Shown one piece after another: positions 26,211 to 40,800 of a stretch of DNA of 53,533 nucleotides. The stretch is from positions 1-53,533 of the forward strand of contig JBHGNT010000206.1 of assembly GCA_043228905.1 (NCBI GenBank). The letters run 5' to 3'. This stretch comes from Azolla caroliniana (Eukaryota > Plantae > Polypodiophyta). The translations under genes were made by a program, and so were the position numbers. The stretch's first letter is position 1, and each line of letters begins with the position of its first letter. The notes beneath the pieces are model-generated. The model saw only the letters and a list, made by a program, of their open reading frames with translations, was not told the origin of the DNA and did not search any database.

Positions 26211-29200
26211 CCAAATTTGAGGAGTGAGTTGAGAGAAGCCCTTGAGTAAATTAAAATGTTCATACCTGGCTCGTGTGATATCGGATTTTTGTGTTCAAAC
26301 ATGCGAATCGAAGCTAACAATGCTAGCTATGATATGGAGTTAAAAAATCAAGATTTTGAAAGTCAGGTCGAGAGACATGACGATATTACCAAATTTGAGG
26401 AGTGAGTTGAGAGAAGCCCTTGAGTAAATTAAAATGTTCATACCTGGCTCGTGTGATATCGGATTTTTGTGTTCAAACATGCGAATCGAAGCTAACAATG
26501 CTAGCTATGATATGGAGTTAAACAATCAAGATTTTGAAACTCAGGTCCAGAGACATGATGAGATTACCAAATTTGAGGAGTGAGTTGAGAGAAGCCCTTG
26601 AGTAAATTAAAATGTTCATACCTGGCTCGTGTGATATCGGACTTTTCTGTTCAAACAGGCGAATCGAAGCTAACAACGCTAGCTATGATATGGAATTAAA
26701 AAATCAAGATTTTGAAACTCAATGTGAGTTGAGAGAAGCCCTTGAGTAAATTAAAATGTTCATACCTGGCTCGTGTGATATCGGATTTTTGTGTTCAAAC
26801 ATGCGGATCGAAGCTAACAATGCTAGCTATGATATGGAATTAAAAAATCAAGATTTTGAAACTCAGGTCGAGAGACATGATGAGATTGCCAACTTTGAGG
26901 AGTGAGTTGAGAGAAGCCCTTGAGTAAATTAAAATGTTCATACCTGGCTCGTGTGATATCGGATTTTTGTGTTCAAACATGCGAATCGAACCTAACAACG
27001 CTAGCTATGATATGGAATTAAAAAATCAAGATTTTGAAACTCAGGTCGCGAGACATGACGAAATTACCAAATTTGAGGAGTGAGTTTAGAGAAGCCCTTG
27101 AGTAAATTAAAATGTTTATACCTGGCTCGTGTGATATCGGATTTTTGTGTTCAAACATGCGAATCGAAGCTAACAATGCTAGCTATGATATGGAATTAAA
27201 AAATCAAGATTTTGAAACTCAGGTTGCGAGACATGACGAAATTACCAAATTTGAGGAGTGAGTTGAGAGAAGCCCTTGAGTAAATTAAAATGTTCATACC
27301 TGGCTCGTGTGATATCGGATTTTTGTGTTCAAACATGCGAATCGAAGCTAACAATGCTAGCTATGATATGGAGTTAAACAATCAAGATTTTGAAACTCAG
27401 GTCCAGAGACATGATGAGATTACCAAATTTGAGGAGTGAGTTGAGAGAAGCCCTTGAGTAAATTAAAATGTTCATACCTGGCTCGTGTGATATCGGACTT
27501 TTCTGTTCAAACAGGCGAATCGAAGCTAACAACGCTAGCTATGATATGGAATTAAAAAATCAAGATTTTGAAACTCAGTGTGAGTTGAGAGAAGCCCTTG
27601 AGTAACTTAAAATGTTCATACCTGGCTCGTGTGATATCGGATTTTTGTGTTCAAACATGCGGATCGAAGCTAACAATGCTAGCTATGATATGGAATTAAA
27701 AAATCAAGATTTTGAAACTCAGGTCGAGAGACATGATGAGATTGCCAACTTTGAGGAGTGAGTTGAGAGAAGCCCTTGAGTAAATTAAAATGTTCATACC
27801 TGGCTCGTGTGATATCGGATTTTTGTGTTCAAACATGCGAATCGAACCTAACAACGCTAGCTATGATATGGAATTAAAAAATCAAGATTTTGAAACTCAG
27901 GTCGCGAGACATGACGAAATTACCAAATTTGAGGAGTGAGTTTAGAGAAGCCCTTGAGTAAATTAAAATGTTTATACCTGGCTCGTGTGATATCGGATTT
28001 TTGTGTTCAAACATGCGAATCGAAGCTAACAATGCTAGCTATGATATGGAGTTAAAAAATCAAGATTTTGAAACTCAGGTTGCGAGACATGACGAAATTA
28101 CCAAATTTGAGGAGTGAGTTGAGAGAAGCCCTTGAGTAAATTAAAATGTTCATACCTGGCTCGTGTGATATCGGATTTTTGTGTTCAAACATGCGAATCG
28201 AAGCTAACAATGCTAGCTATGATATGGAGTTAAACAATCAAGATTTTGAAACTCAGGTCCAGAGACATGATGAGATTACCAAATTTGAGGAGTGAGTTGA
28301 GAGAAGCCCTTGAGTAAATTAAAATGTTCATACCTGGCTCGTGTGATATCGGACTTTTCTGTTCAAACAGGCGAATCGAAGCTAACAACGCTAGCTATGA
28401 TATGGAATTAAAAAATCAAGATTTTGAAACTCAGTGTGAGTTGAGAGAAGCCCTTGAGTAAATTAAAATGTTCATACCTGGCTCGTGTGATATCGGATTT
28501 TTGTGTTCAAACATGCGGATCGAAGCTAACAATGCTAGCTATGATATGGAATTAAAAAATCAAGATTTTGAAACTCAGGTCGAGAGACATGATGAGATTG
28601 CCAACTTTGAGGAGTGAGTTGAGAGAAGCCCTTGAGTAAATTAAAATGTTCATACCTGGCTCGTGTGATATCGGATTTTTGTGTTCAAACATGCGAATCG
28701 AACCTAACAACGCTAGCTATGATATGGAATTAAAAAATCAAGATTTTGAAACTCAGGTCGCGAGACATGACGAAATTACCAAATTTGAGGAGTGAGTTGA
28801 GAGAAGCCCTTGAGTAAATTAAAATGTTTATACCTGGCTCGTGTGATATCGGATTTTTGTGTTCAAACATGCGAATCGAAGCTAACAATGCTAGCTATGA
28901 TATGGAGTTAAAAAATCAAGATTTTGAAACTCAGGTTGCGAGACATGACGAAATTACCAAATTTGAGGAGTGAGTTGAGAGAAGCCCTTGAGTAAATTAA
29001 AATGTTCATACCTGGCTCGTGTGATATCGGATTTTTGTGTTCAAACATGCGAATCGAAGCTAACAATGCTAGCTATGATATGGAGTTAAACAATCAAGAT
29101 TTTGAAACTCAGGTCCAGAGACATGATGCGATTACCAAATTTGAGGAGTGAGTTGAGAGAAGCCCTTGAGTAAATTAAAATGTTCATACCTGGCTCGTGT

Positions 29201-31880
29201 GATATCGGACTTTTCTGTTCAAACAGGCGAATCGAAGCTAACAACGCTAGCTATGATATGGAATTAAAAAATCAAGATTTTGAAACTCAGTGTGAGTTGA
29301 GAGAAGCCCTTGAGTAAATTAAAATGTTCATACCTGGCTCGTGTGATATCGGATTTTTGTGTTCAAACATGCGGATCGAAGCTAACAATGCTAGCTATGA
29401 TATGGAATTAAAAAATCAAGATTTTGAAACTCAGGTCGAGAGACATGATGAGATTGCCAACTTTGAGGAGTGAGTTGAGAGAAGCCCTTGAGTAAATTAA
29501 AATGTTCATACCTGGCTCGTGTGATATCGGATTTTTGTGTTCAAACATGCGAATCGAACCTAACAACGCTAGCTATGATATGGAATTAAAAAATCAAGAT
29601 TTTGAAACTCAGGTCGCGAGACATGACGAAATTACCAAATTTGAGGAGTGAGTTGAGAGAAGCCCTTGAGTAAATTAAAATGTTTATACCTGGCTCGTGT
29701 GATATCGGATTTTTGTGTTCAAACATGCGAATCGAAGCTAACAATGCTAGCTATGATATGGAGTTAAAAAATCAAAATTTTGAAACTCAGGTTGCGAGAC
29801 ATGACAAAATTACCAAATTTGAGGAGTGAGTTGAGAGAAGCCCTTGAGTAAATTAAAATGTTCATACCTGGCTCGTGTGATATCGGATTTTTGTGTTCCA
29901 ACAGGCGAATCAAAGCTAACAACGCTAGCTATGATATGGAATTAAAAAATCAAGATTTTGAAACTCAGGTTGAGAGACATGATGAGATTGCCAAATTTGA
30001 GGAGTGAGTTGAGAGAAGCCCTTGAGTAAATTAAAATGTTCATACCTGGCTCGTGTGATATCGGATTTTTGTGTTCAAACATGCGAATCGAACCTAACAA
30101 CGCTAGCTATGATATGGAATTAAAAAATCAAGATTTTAAAACTCAGGTCGAGAGACATGATGAGATTACCAAATTTGAGGAGTGAGTTGAGAGAAGCCCT
30201 TGAGTAAATTAAAATGTTCATACCTGGCTCGTGTGATATCGGACTTTTGTGTTCAAACATGCGAATCGAAGCTAACAACGCTAGCTATGATATGGAATTA
30301 AAAAATCAAGATTTTGAAACTCAGGTCACGAGACATGACGAAATTACCAAATTTGAGGAGTGAGTTGAGAGAAGCCCTTGAGTAAATTAAAATGTTCATA
30401 CCTGGCTCGTGTGATATCGGATTTTTGTGTTCAAACATACGAATCGAACCTAACAACGCTAGCTAGGATATGGAATTAAAAAATCAAGATTTTGAAACTC
30501 AGGTCGGGAGACATGACGAGATTACCAAATTTGAGGAGTGAGTTGAGAAGAGCTATGCGGTAAATTAAAATGTTCATACCTGGCTCGTGTGATATCGGAT
30601 TTTTGTGTTCAAACATGCGAATCGAAGCTAACTACCCTAGCTATGATATGGAATTAAAAAATCAAGATTTTGAAACTCAGATCGAGAGACATGATGAGAT
30701 TACCAAATTTGAGGAGTGAGTTGAGAGAAGCCATTGAGTAAATTAAAATGTTCATACCTGGCTCGTGTGATATCGGATTTTTGTGTTCAAACATGCGAAT
30801 CGAAGCTAACAATGCTAGCTATGATATGGAGTTAAAAAATCAAGATTTTGAAACTCAGGTCGCGAGCCATGACGAAATTACCAAATTTGAGGAGTGAGTT
30901 GAGAAGAGCTATGAGGTAAATCAAAATGTTCATACCTGGCTCGTGTGATATCGGATTTTTGTGTTCAAACATGCGAATCAAAGCTAACAACGCTAGCTAT
31001 GATATGGAATTAAAAAATCAAGATTTTGAAACTCAGGTCGAGAGACATGATGAGATTACCAAATTTGAGGAGTGAGTTGAGAGAAGCCCTTGATTAAATT
31101 AAAATGTTCATACCTGGCTCGTGTGATATCGGACTTTTGTGTTCAAACAGGCGAATCGAAGCTAACAACGCTAGCTATGATATGGAATTAAAAAATCAAG
31201 ATTTTGAAACTCAGAGTGAGTTGAGAGAAGCCCTTGAGTAAAGTAAAATGTTCATACCTGGCTCGTGTGATATCGGATTTCTGTGTTCAAACATGCGAAT
31301 CGAAGCTAACAACGCTAGCTATGATATGGAATTAAAAAATCAAGATTTTGAAACTCAGGTCGAGAGACATGATGAGATTACCAAATTTGAGGAGTGAGTT
31401 GAGAGAAGCCCTTGAGTAAATTAAAATGTTCATACCTGGCTCGTGTGATATCGGATTTTTGTGTTCAAACATACGAATCGAAGCTAACAACGCTAGCTAT
31501 GATATGGAGTTAAAAAATCAAGATTTTGAAACTCAGGTCGAGAGCCATGACGAAATTACCAAATTTGAGGAGTGATTTGAGAAGAGCTATGAGGTAAATT
31601 AAAATGTTCATACCTGGCTCGTGTGATATCGGATTTTTGTGTTCAAACATGCGAATCAAAGCTAACAACGCTAGCTATGATATGGAATTAAAAAATCAAG
31701 ATTTTGAAACTCAGGTCGAGAGACATGATGAGATTACCAAATTTGAGGAGTGAGTTGAGAGAAGCCCTTGAGTAAATTAAAATGTTCATACCTGGCTCGT
31801 GTGATATCGGATTTTTGTGTTCAAACAGGCGAAGCGAAGCGAACAACGCTAGCTATGATATGGAATTAAAAAATCAAGAT
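26211..31880. repeat. Satellite subfamily B, block 1
   Basis: Diagnostic motifs ATGTTC, GGCTCGTGTG and ATTACCAAATTTGAGGAGTGAGTTGAGAGAAGCCCTTGAG. It switches back to A inside the hybrid monomer 31782-31959, with the crossover between ~31842 and 31914. Confidence 0.95.
26434..29857. repeat. 5-mer higher-order repeat, 4 x 856 bp (4x178 + 144)
   Basis: 144-bp deletion monomers at 26612, 27468, 28324 and 29180, with a fixed order of variants (AAACAATC/GGTCCAG, GGACTTTTCT, GCGGATC, GAACCT, ATGTTTATA). Confidence 0.95.
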
Positions 31881-34800
31881 TTTGAAACTCAGGTCGAGAG
31901 ACATGACGAAATTAGCAAAATTGAGGAGGGACTTGAGAAGAGCCCGTGAGTAAATTCAAATGGTCATACCTGGCTTCTGTGATATCGGATTTTTGTGTTC
32001 AAACATGCGAATCGAAGCTAATAACGCTAGCTGTGATATGGAATTAAAAAATCAAGATTTTGAAACTCAGGTCGAGAGACATGACGAAATTAGCAAAATT
32101 GAGGAGGGACTTGAGAAGAGCCCGTGAGTAAATTAAAATGGTCATACCTGGCTCCTGTGATATCGGATTTTTGTGTTCAAACATGCGAATCGAAGCTAAC
32201 AACGCTAGCTATGATATGGAATTAAAAAATCAAGATTTTGAAACTCAGGTAGAGAGACATGAAGAAATTAGCAAAATTGAGAAGGGACTTGAGAAGAGCC
32301 GGTGAGTAAATTCAAATGGTCATACCTGGCTCCTGTGATATCGGATTTTTGTGTTCAAGTGTGCGAATCGAAGCTAATAACGCTAGCTGTGATATGGAAT
32401 TAAAAAATCAAGATTTTGAAACTCAGGTCGAGAGACATGACGAAATTAGCAAAATTGAGGAGGGACTTGAGAAGAGCCCGTGAGTAAATTCAAATGGTCA
32501 TACCTGGCTTCTGTGATATGTGTTCAAACATGCGAATCGAAGCTAATAACGCTAGCTGTGATATGGAATTAAAAAATCAAGATTTTGAAACTCAGGTCGA
32601 GAGACATGAAGAAATTAGCAAAATTGAGGAGGGACTTGAGAAGAGCCCGTGAGTAAATTAAAATGGTCATACCTAGCTGCTGTGATATCAGATTTTTATG
32701 TTCAAGTGTGCGAATCGAAGCTAACAACGCTAGCTATGCTACACAATTAAAAAATCAAGATTTTGAAACTCAGATCGAGAGACATGACGAAATTAGCAAA
32801 ATTGAGGAGGGACTTTAGAAGAGCCCGTGAGTAAATTAAAATGGTCATACCTGGCTCCTGTGATATCGGATTTTTGTGTTCAAACATGCGAATCGAAGCT
32901 AACAACGCTAGCTATGCTACACAATTAAAAAATCAAGATTTTGAAACTCAGGTCAAGAGACATGAAGACATTTGCAAAATTGAGAAGGGACTTGAGAAGA
33001 GCCCGTGAGTAAATTAAAATGGTCATACCTGGCTCCTGTGATATCGGATTTTTGTGTTCAAACATCCGAATCGAAGCTAACAACGTTAGCTATGCTACAC
33101 AATTAAAAAATCAAGATTTTGAAACTCAGGTCGAGAAACATGAAGAAATTAGCAAAATTGAGGAGGGACTTGAGAAGAGCCCGTGAGTAAATTAAAATGG
33201 TCATACCTGGCTCCTGTGATATCGGATTTTTGTGTTCAAGTGTGCGAATCGAAGCTAACAACGCTAGCTATGATACTGAATTAAAAAATCAAGATTTCGA
33301 AACTCAGGTAGAGAGACATGAAGAAATTAGCAAAATTGAGGAGGGACTTGAGAAGAGCCCGTGAGTAAATTAAAATGGTCATACCTGGCTCCTGTGATAT
33401 CGGATTTTTGTGTTCAAACATGCGAATCGAAGCTAACAACGCTAGCTATGATATGGAATTAAAAAATCAAGATTTCGAAACTCAGGTCGAGAGACATGAC
33501 GGAATTAGCAAAATTGAGGAGGGACTTGAGAAGAGCCCGTGAGTAAATTAAAATGGTCATACCTGGCTCCTGTGATATCCGATTTTTGTGTTCAAGTGTG
33601 CGAATCGAAGCTAATAACGCTAGCTGTGATATGGAATTAAAAAATCATTTGAAACTCAGGTCGAGAGACATGACGAAATTAGCAAAATTGAGGAGGGACT
33701 TGAGAAGAGCCCGTGAGTAAATTAAAATGGTCATACCTGGCTCCTGTGATATCGGATTTTTGTGTTCAAACATGCGAATCGAAGCTAATAACGCTAGCTG
33801 TGATATGGAATTAAAAAATCAAGATTTTGAAACTCAGGTCGAGAGACATGAAGAAATTAGCAAAATTGAGGAGGGACTTGAGAAGAGCCCGTGAGTAAAT
33901 TAAAATGGTCATACCTTGCTGCTGTGATATCGGATTTTTGTGTTCAAGTGTGCGAATCGAAGCTAACAACGCTAGCTATGATATGGAATTAAAAAATCAA
34001 GATTTTAAAACTCAGGTCGAGAGACATGACGAAATTAGCAAAATTGAGGAGGGACTTGAGAAGAGCCCGTGAGTAAATTAAAATGGTCATACCTGGCTCC
34101 TGTGATATCGGATTTTTGTGTTCAAACATGCGAATCGAAGCTAACAACGCTAGCTATGATATGGAATTAAAAAATCCAGATTTTGAAACTCAGGTCGAGA
34201 GACATGTAGAAATTAGCAAAATTGAGAAGAGACTTGAGAAGAGCCCGTGAGTAAATTAAAATAGTCATACCTGGCTCCTGTGATATCGGATTTTTGTGTT
34301 CAAACATCCGAATCGAAGCTAACAACGCTAGCTATGCTACACAATTAAGAAATCAAGATTTTGAAACTCAGGTCGAGAGACATGACGAAATTAGCAAAAT
34401 TGAGGAGGGACTTGAGAAGAGCCCGTGAGTAATTAAAATGGTCATACCTGGCTCCTGTGATATCGGATTTATGTGTTCAAACATGCGAATCGAAGCTAAC
34501 AACGCTAGTTATGCTACACAATTAAAAAATTAGGATTTTGAAACTCAGGTCGAGAGACATGAAGAAATTAGCAAAATTGAGGAGGGACTTGAGAAGAGCC
34601 CGTGAGTAAATTAAAATGGTCATACCTGGCTCCTGTGATATCGGATTTTTGTGTTCAAGTGTGCGAATCGAAGCTAACAACGCTAGCTATGATATGGAAT
34701 TAAAAAATCAAGATTTTGAAACTCAGGTAGAGAGACATGAAGAAATTAGCAAAATTGAGAAGGGACTTGAGAAGAGCCCGTGAGTAAATTAAAATGGTCA

Positions 34801-37800
34801 TACCTGGCTCCTGTGATATCGGATTTTTGTGTTCAAACATGCGAATCGAAGCTAACAACGCTAGCTATGATATGGAATTAAAAAATCAAGATTTTGAAAC
34901 TCAGGTAGAGAGACATGAAGAAATTAACAAAATTGAGAAGGTACTTGAGAAGAGCCCGTGAGTAAATTAAAATGGTCATACCTGGCTCCTGTGATATCGG
35001 ATTTTTGTGTTCAAACATGCGAATCGAAGCTAACAACGCTAGGTATGATATGGAATTAGAAAATCAAGATTTTGAAACTCAGGTCGAGAGACATGACGAA
35101 ATTAGCAAAATTGAGGAGGGACTTGAGAAGAGCCCGTTAGTAAATTAAAATGGTCATACCTGGCTCCTGTGATATCGGATTTTTGTGTTCAAACATGCGA
35201 ATCGAAGCTAACAACGCTAGCTATGATATGGAATTAAAAAATCCAGATTTTGAAACTCAGGGCGAGAGACATGATGAAATTAGCAAAATTGAGGAGGGAC
35301 TTGAGAAGAGCCCGTGAGTAAATTAAAATGGTCATACCTGGCTCCTGTGATATCGGATTTTTGTGTTCAAACATGCGAATCGAAGCTAATAACGCTAGCT
35401 GTGATATGGAATTAAAAAATCAAGATTTTGAAACTCAGGTCGAGAGACATGAAGAAATTAGCAAAATTGAGGAGGGACTTGAGAAGAGCCCGTGAGTAAA
35501 TTAAAATGGTCATACCTGGCTCCTGTAATATCGGATTTTTGTGTTCAAACATGCGAATCGAAGCTAACAACGCTAGCTATGCTACACAATTAAAAAATCA
35601 AGATTTTGAAACTCAGGTCGAGAGACATGAAGAAATTAGCAAAATTGAAGAGGGACTTGAGAAGAGCCCGTGAGTAAATTATAATGGTCATACCTGGCTC
35701 CTGTGATATCGGATTTTTGTGTTCAAACATGCGAATCGAAGCTAACAACGCTAGCTATGATATGGAATTAAAAAATCTAGATTTTGAAACTCAGGTCGAG
35801 AGACATGACGAAATTAGCAAAATTGAGGAGGGACTTGAGAAGAGCCCGTGAGTAAATTAAAATGGTCATACCTGGCTCCTGTGATATCGGATTTTGGTGT
35901 TCAAACATCCGAATCGAAGCTAACAACGCTAGCTATGCTACACAATTAAAAAATCAAGAGTTTGAAACTCAGGTCGAGAGACATGAAGAAATTTGCAAAA
36001 TTGAGAAGGGACTTGAGAAGAGCCCGTGAGTAAATTAAAATGGTCATACCTGGCTCCTGTGATATCGGATTTTTGTGTTCAAACATCCGAATCGAAGCTA
36101 ACAACGCTAGCTATGCTACACAATTAAAAAATCAAGATTTTGAAACTCAGATCGAGAGACATGACGAAATTAGCAAAATTGAGGAGGGACTTGAGAAGAG
36201 CCCGTGAGTAAATTAAAATGGTCATACCTGGCTCCTGTGATATCGGATTTTTGTGTTCAAACATGCGAATCGAAGCTAACAACGCTAGCTATGCTACACA
36301 ATTAAAAAATCAAGATTTTGAAACTCAGGTCGAGAGACATGAAGAAATTTGCAAAATTGAGAAGGGACTTGAGAAGAGCCCGTGAGTAAATTAAAATGGT
36401 CATACCTGGCTCCTGTGATATCGGATTTTTGTGTTCAAACATGCGCATCGAAGCTAACAACGCTAGCTATGCTAGACAATTAAAAAATCAAGATTTTGAA
36501 ACTCAGGTCGAGAGACATGAAGAAATTAGCAAAATTAAGGAGGGACTTGAGAAGAGCCCGTGAGTAAATTAAAATGGTCATACCTGGCTCCTGTGATATC
36601 GGATTTTTGTGTTCAAACATGCGAATCGAAGCTAACAACGCTAGCTATGATATGGAATTAAAAAATCCAGATTTTGAAACTCAGGTCGAGAGACATGACG
36701 AAATTAGCAAAATTGAGGAGGGACTTGAGAAGAGCCCGTGAGTAATTAAAATGATCATACCTGGCTCCTGTGATATCGGATTTATGTGTTCAAACATGCG
36801 AATCGAAGCTAACAACGCTAGTTATGCTACACAATTAAAAAATTAGGATTTTGAAACTCAGGTCGAGAGACATGAAGAAATTAGCAAAATTGAGGAGGGA
36901 CTTGAGAAGAGCCCGTGAGTAAATTAAAATGGTCATACCTGGCTCCTGTAATATCGGATTTTTGTGTTCAAACATGCGAATCGAAGCTAACAACGCTAGC
37001 TATGCTACACAATTAAAAAATCAAGATTTTGAAACTCAGGTCGAGAGACATGAAGAAATTAGCAAAATTAAAGAGGGACTTGAGAAGAGCCCGTGAGTAA
37101 ATTATAATGGTCATACCTGGCTCCTGTGATATCGGATGTTTGTGTTCAAACATGCGAATCGAAGCTAACAACGCTAGCTATGATATAGAATTAAAAAATC
37201 AAGATTTTGAAACTCAGGTCGAGAGACATGACTAAATTAGCAAAATTGAGGAGGGACTTGAGAAGAGCCCGTGAGTAAATTAAAATGGTCATACCTGGCT
37301 CCTGTGATATCGGATTTTTGTGTTCAAACATGCGAATCGAAGCTAACAACGCTAGCTCTGATATGGAATTAAAAAATCAAGATTTTGAAACTCAGGTAGA
37401 GAGACATGAAGAAATTAGCAAAATTGAGGAGGGACTTGAGAAGAGCCCGTGAGTAAATTAAAATGGTCATACCTGGCTCCTGTGATATCGGATTTTTGTG
37501 TTCAAACATGCGAATCGAAGCTAATAACGCTAGCTGTGATATGGAATTAAAAAATCAAGATTTTGAAACTCAGGTCGAGAGACATGAAGAAATTAGCAAA
37601 ATTGAGGAGGGACTTGAGAAGAGCCCGTGAGTAAATTAAAATGGTCATACCTGGCTCCTGTAATATCGGATTTTTGTGTTCAAACATGCGAATCGAAGCT
37701 AACAACGCTAGCTATGCTACACAATTAAAAAATCAAGATTTTGAAACTCAGGTCGAGAGACATGAAGAAATTAGCAAAATTAAAGAGGGACTTGAGAAGA

Positions 37801-40800
37801 GCCCGTGAGTAAATTATAATGGTCATACCTGGCTCCTGTGATATCGGATTTTTGTGTTCAAACATGCGAATCGAAGCTAACAACGCTAGCTATGATATGG
37901 AATTAAAAAATCTAGATTTTGAAACTCAGGTCGAGAGACATGACGAAATTAGCAAAATTGAGGAGGGACTTGAGAAGAGCCCGTGAGTAAATTAAAATGG
38001 TCATACCTGGCTCCTGTGATATCGGATTTTGGTGTTCAAACATCCGAATCGAAGCTAACAACGCTAGCTATGCTACACAATTAAAAAATCAAGATTTTGA
38101 AACTCAGGTAGAGAGACATGAAGAAATTAGCAAAATTGAGAAGGGACTTGAGAAGAGCCCGTGAGTAAATTCAAATGGTCATACCTGGCTCCTGTGATAT
38201 CGGATTTTTGTGTTCAAACATCCGAATCGAAGCTAACAACGCTAGCTATGCTACACAATTAAAAAATCAAGTTTTTGAAACTCAGGTCGAGAGACATGAC
38301 GAAATTAGCAAAATTGAGGAGGGACTTGAGAAGAGCCCGTGAGTAATTAAAATGGTCATACCTGGCTCCTGTGATATCGGATTTATGTGTTCAAACATGC
38401 GAATCGAAGCTAACAACGCTAGTTATGCTACACAATTAAAAAATTAGGATTTTGAAACTCAGGTCGAGAGACATGAAGAAATTAGCAAAATTGAGGAGGG
38501 ACTTGAGAAGAGCCCGTGAGTAAATTAAAATGGTCATACCTGGCTCCTGTGATATCGGATTTTTGTGTTCAAGTGTGCGAATCGAAGCTAACAACGCTAG
38601 CTATGATATGGAATTAAAAAATCCAGATTTTGAAACTCACGTCGAGAGACATGATGAAATTAGCAAAATTGAGGAGGGACTTGAGAAGAGCCCGTGAGTA
38701 AATTCAATTGGTCATACCTGGCTCCTCTGATATCGGATTTTTGTGTTCAAACATGCGAATCGAAGCTAATAACGCTAGCTGTGATATGGAATTAAAAAAT
38801 CCAGATTTTGAAACTCAGGTCGAGAGACATGAAGAAATTAGCAAAATTGAGGAGGGACTTGAGAAGAGCTCGTGAGTAAATTAAAATGGTCATACCTGGC
38901 TCCTGTGATATCGGATTTTTGTGTTCAAACATGCGCATCGAAGCTAACAACGCTAGCTATGCTAAACAATTAAAAAATCAAGATTTTGAAACTCAGGTCG
39001 AGAGACATGAAGAAATTAGCAAAATTAAGGAGGGACTTGAGAAGAGCCCGTGAGTAAATTAAAATGGTCATACCTGGCTCCTGTGATATCGGATTTTTGT
39101 GTTCAAACATGCGAATCGAAGCTAACAACGCTAGCTATGATATGGAATTAAAAAATCCAGATTTTGAAACTCAGGTCGAGAGACATGACGAAATTAGCAA
39201 AATTGAGGAGGGACTTGAGAAGAGCCCGTGAGTAATTAAAATGGTCATACCTGGCTCCTGTGATATCAGATTTATGTGTTCAAACATGCGAATCGAAGCT
39301 AACAACGCTAGTTATGCTACACAATTAAAAAATTAGGATTTTGAAACTCAGGTCGAGAGACATGAAGAAATTAGCAAAATTGAGGAGGGACTTGAGAAGA
39401 GCCCGTGAGTAAATTAAAATGGTCATACCTGGCTCCTGTGATATCGGATTTTTGTGTTCAAGTGTGCGAATCGAAGCTAACAAGGCTAGCTCTGATATGG
39501 AATTAAAAAATCAAGATTTTGAAACTCAGGTCGAGAGACATGACGAAATTAGCAAAATTGAGGAGGGACTTGAGAAGAGCCCGTGAGTAAATTAAAATGG
39601 TCATACCTGGCTCCTGTGATATCGGATTTATGTGTTCAAACATGCGAATCGAAGCTAACAACGCTAGTTATGCTACACAATTAAAAAATTAGGATTTTGA
39701 AAGTCAGGTCGAGAGACATGAAGAAATTAGCAAAATTGAGGAGGGACTTGAGAAGAGCCCGTGAGTAAATTAAAATGGTCATACCTAGCTCCTGTGATAT
39801 CGGATTTTTGTGTTCGAGTGTGCGAATCGAAGCTAACAACGCTAGCTATGATATGGAATTAAAAAATCAAGATTTTGAAACTCAGGTAGAGAGACATGAA
39901 GAAATTAGCAAAATTGAGAAGGGACTTGAGAAGAGCTCGTGTGTAAATTCAAATGGTCATACCTGGCTCCTGTGATGTCGGATTTTTGTGTTCAAACATG
40001 CGAATCGAAGCTAACAACGCTAGCTATGATATGGAATTAAAAAATCAAGATTTTGAAACTCAGGTAGAGAGACATGAAGAAATTAGCAAAATTGAGAAGG
40101 GACTTCAGAAGAGCCCGTGAGTAAATTAAAATGGTCATACCTGGCTCCTGTGATATCGGATTTTTGTGTTCAAACATGCGAATCGAAGCTAACAACGCTA
40201 GCTATGATATGGAATTAAAAAATCAAGATTTCGAAACTCAGGTCGAGAGACATGACGGAATTAGCAAAATTGAGGAGGGACTTGAGAAGAGCCCGTGAGT
40301 AAATTAAAATGGTCATACCTGGCTCCTGTGATATCGGATTTTTGTGGTCAAGTGTGCGAATCGAAGCTAATAACGCTAGCTGTGATATGGAATTAAAAAA
40401 TCAAGAATTTAAACTCAGGTCGAGAGACATGACGAAATTAGCAAAATTGAGGAGGGACTTGAGAAGAGCCCGTGAGTAAATTCAAATGGTCATACCTGGC
40501 TTCTGTGATATCGGATTTTTGTGTTCAAACATGCGAATCGAAGCTAATAACGCTAGCTGTGATATGGAATTAAAAAATCAAGATTTTGAAACTCAGGTCG
40601 AGAGACATGACGAAATTAGCAAAATTGAGGAGCGACTTGAGAAGAGCCCGTGAGTAAATTAAAATGGTCATACCTGGCTCCTGTGATATCGGATGTTTGT
40701 GTTCAAGTGTGCGAATCGAAGCTAATAACGCTAGCTGTGATATGGAATTAAAAAATCAAGATTTTGAAACTCAGGTCGAGAGACATGACGAAATTAGCAA

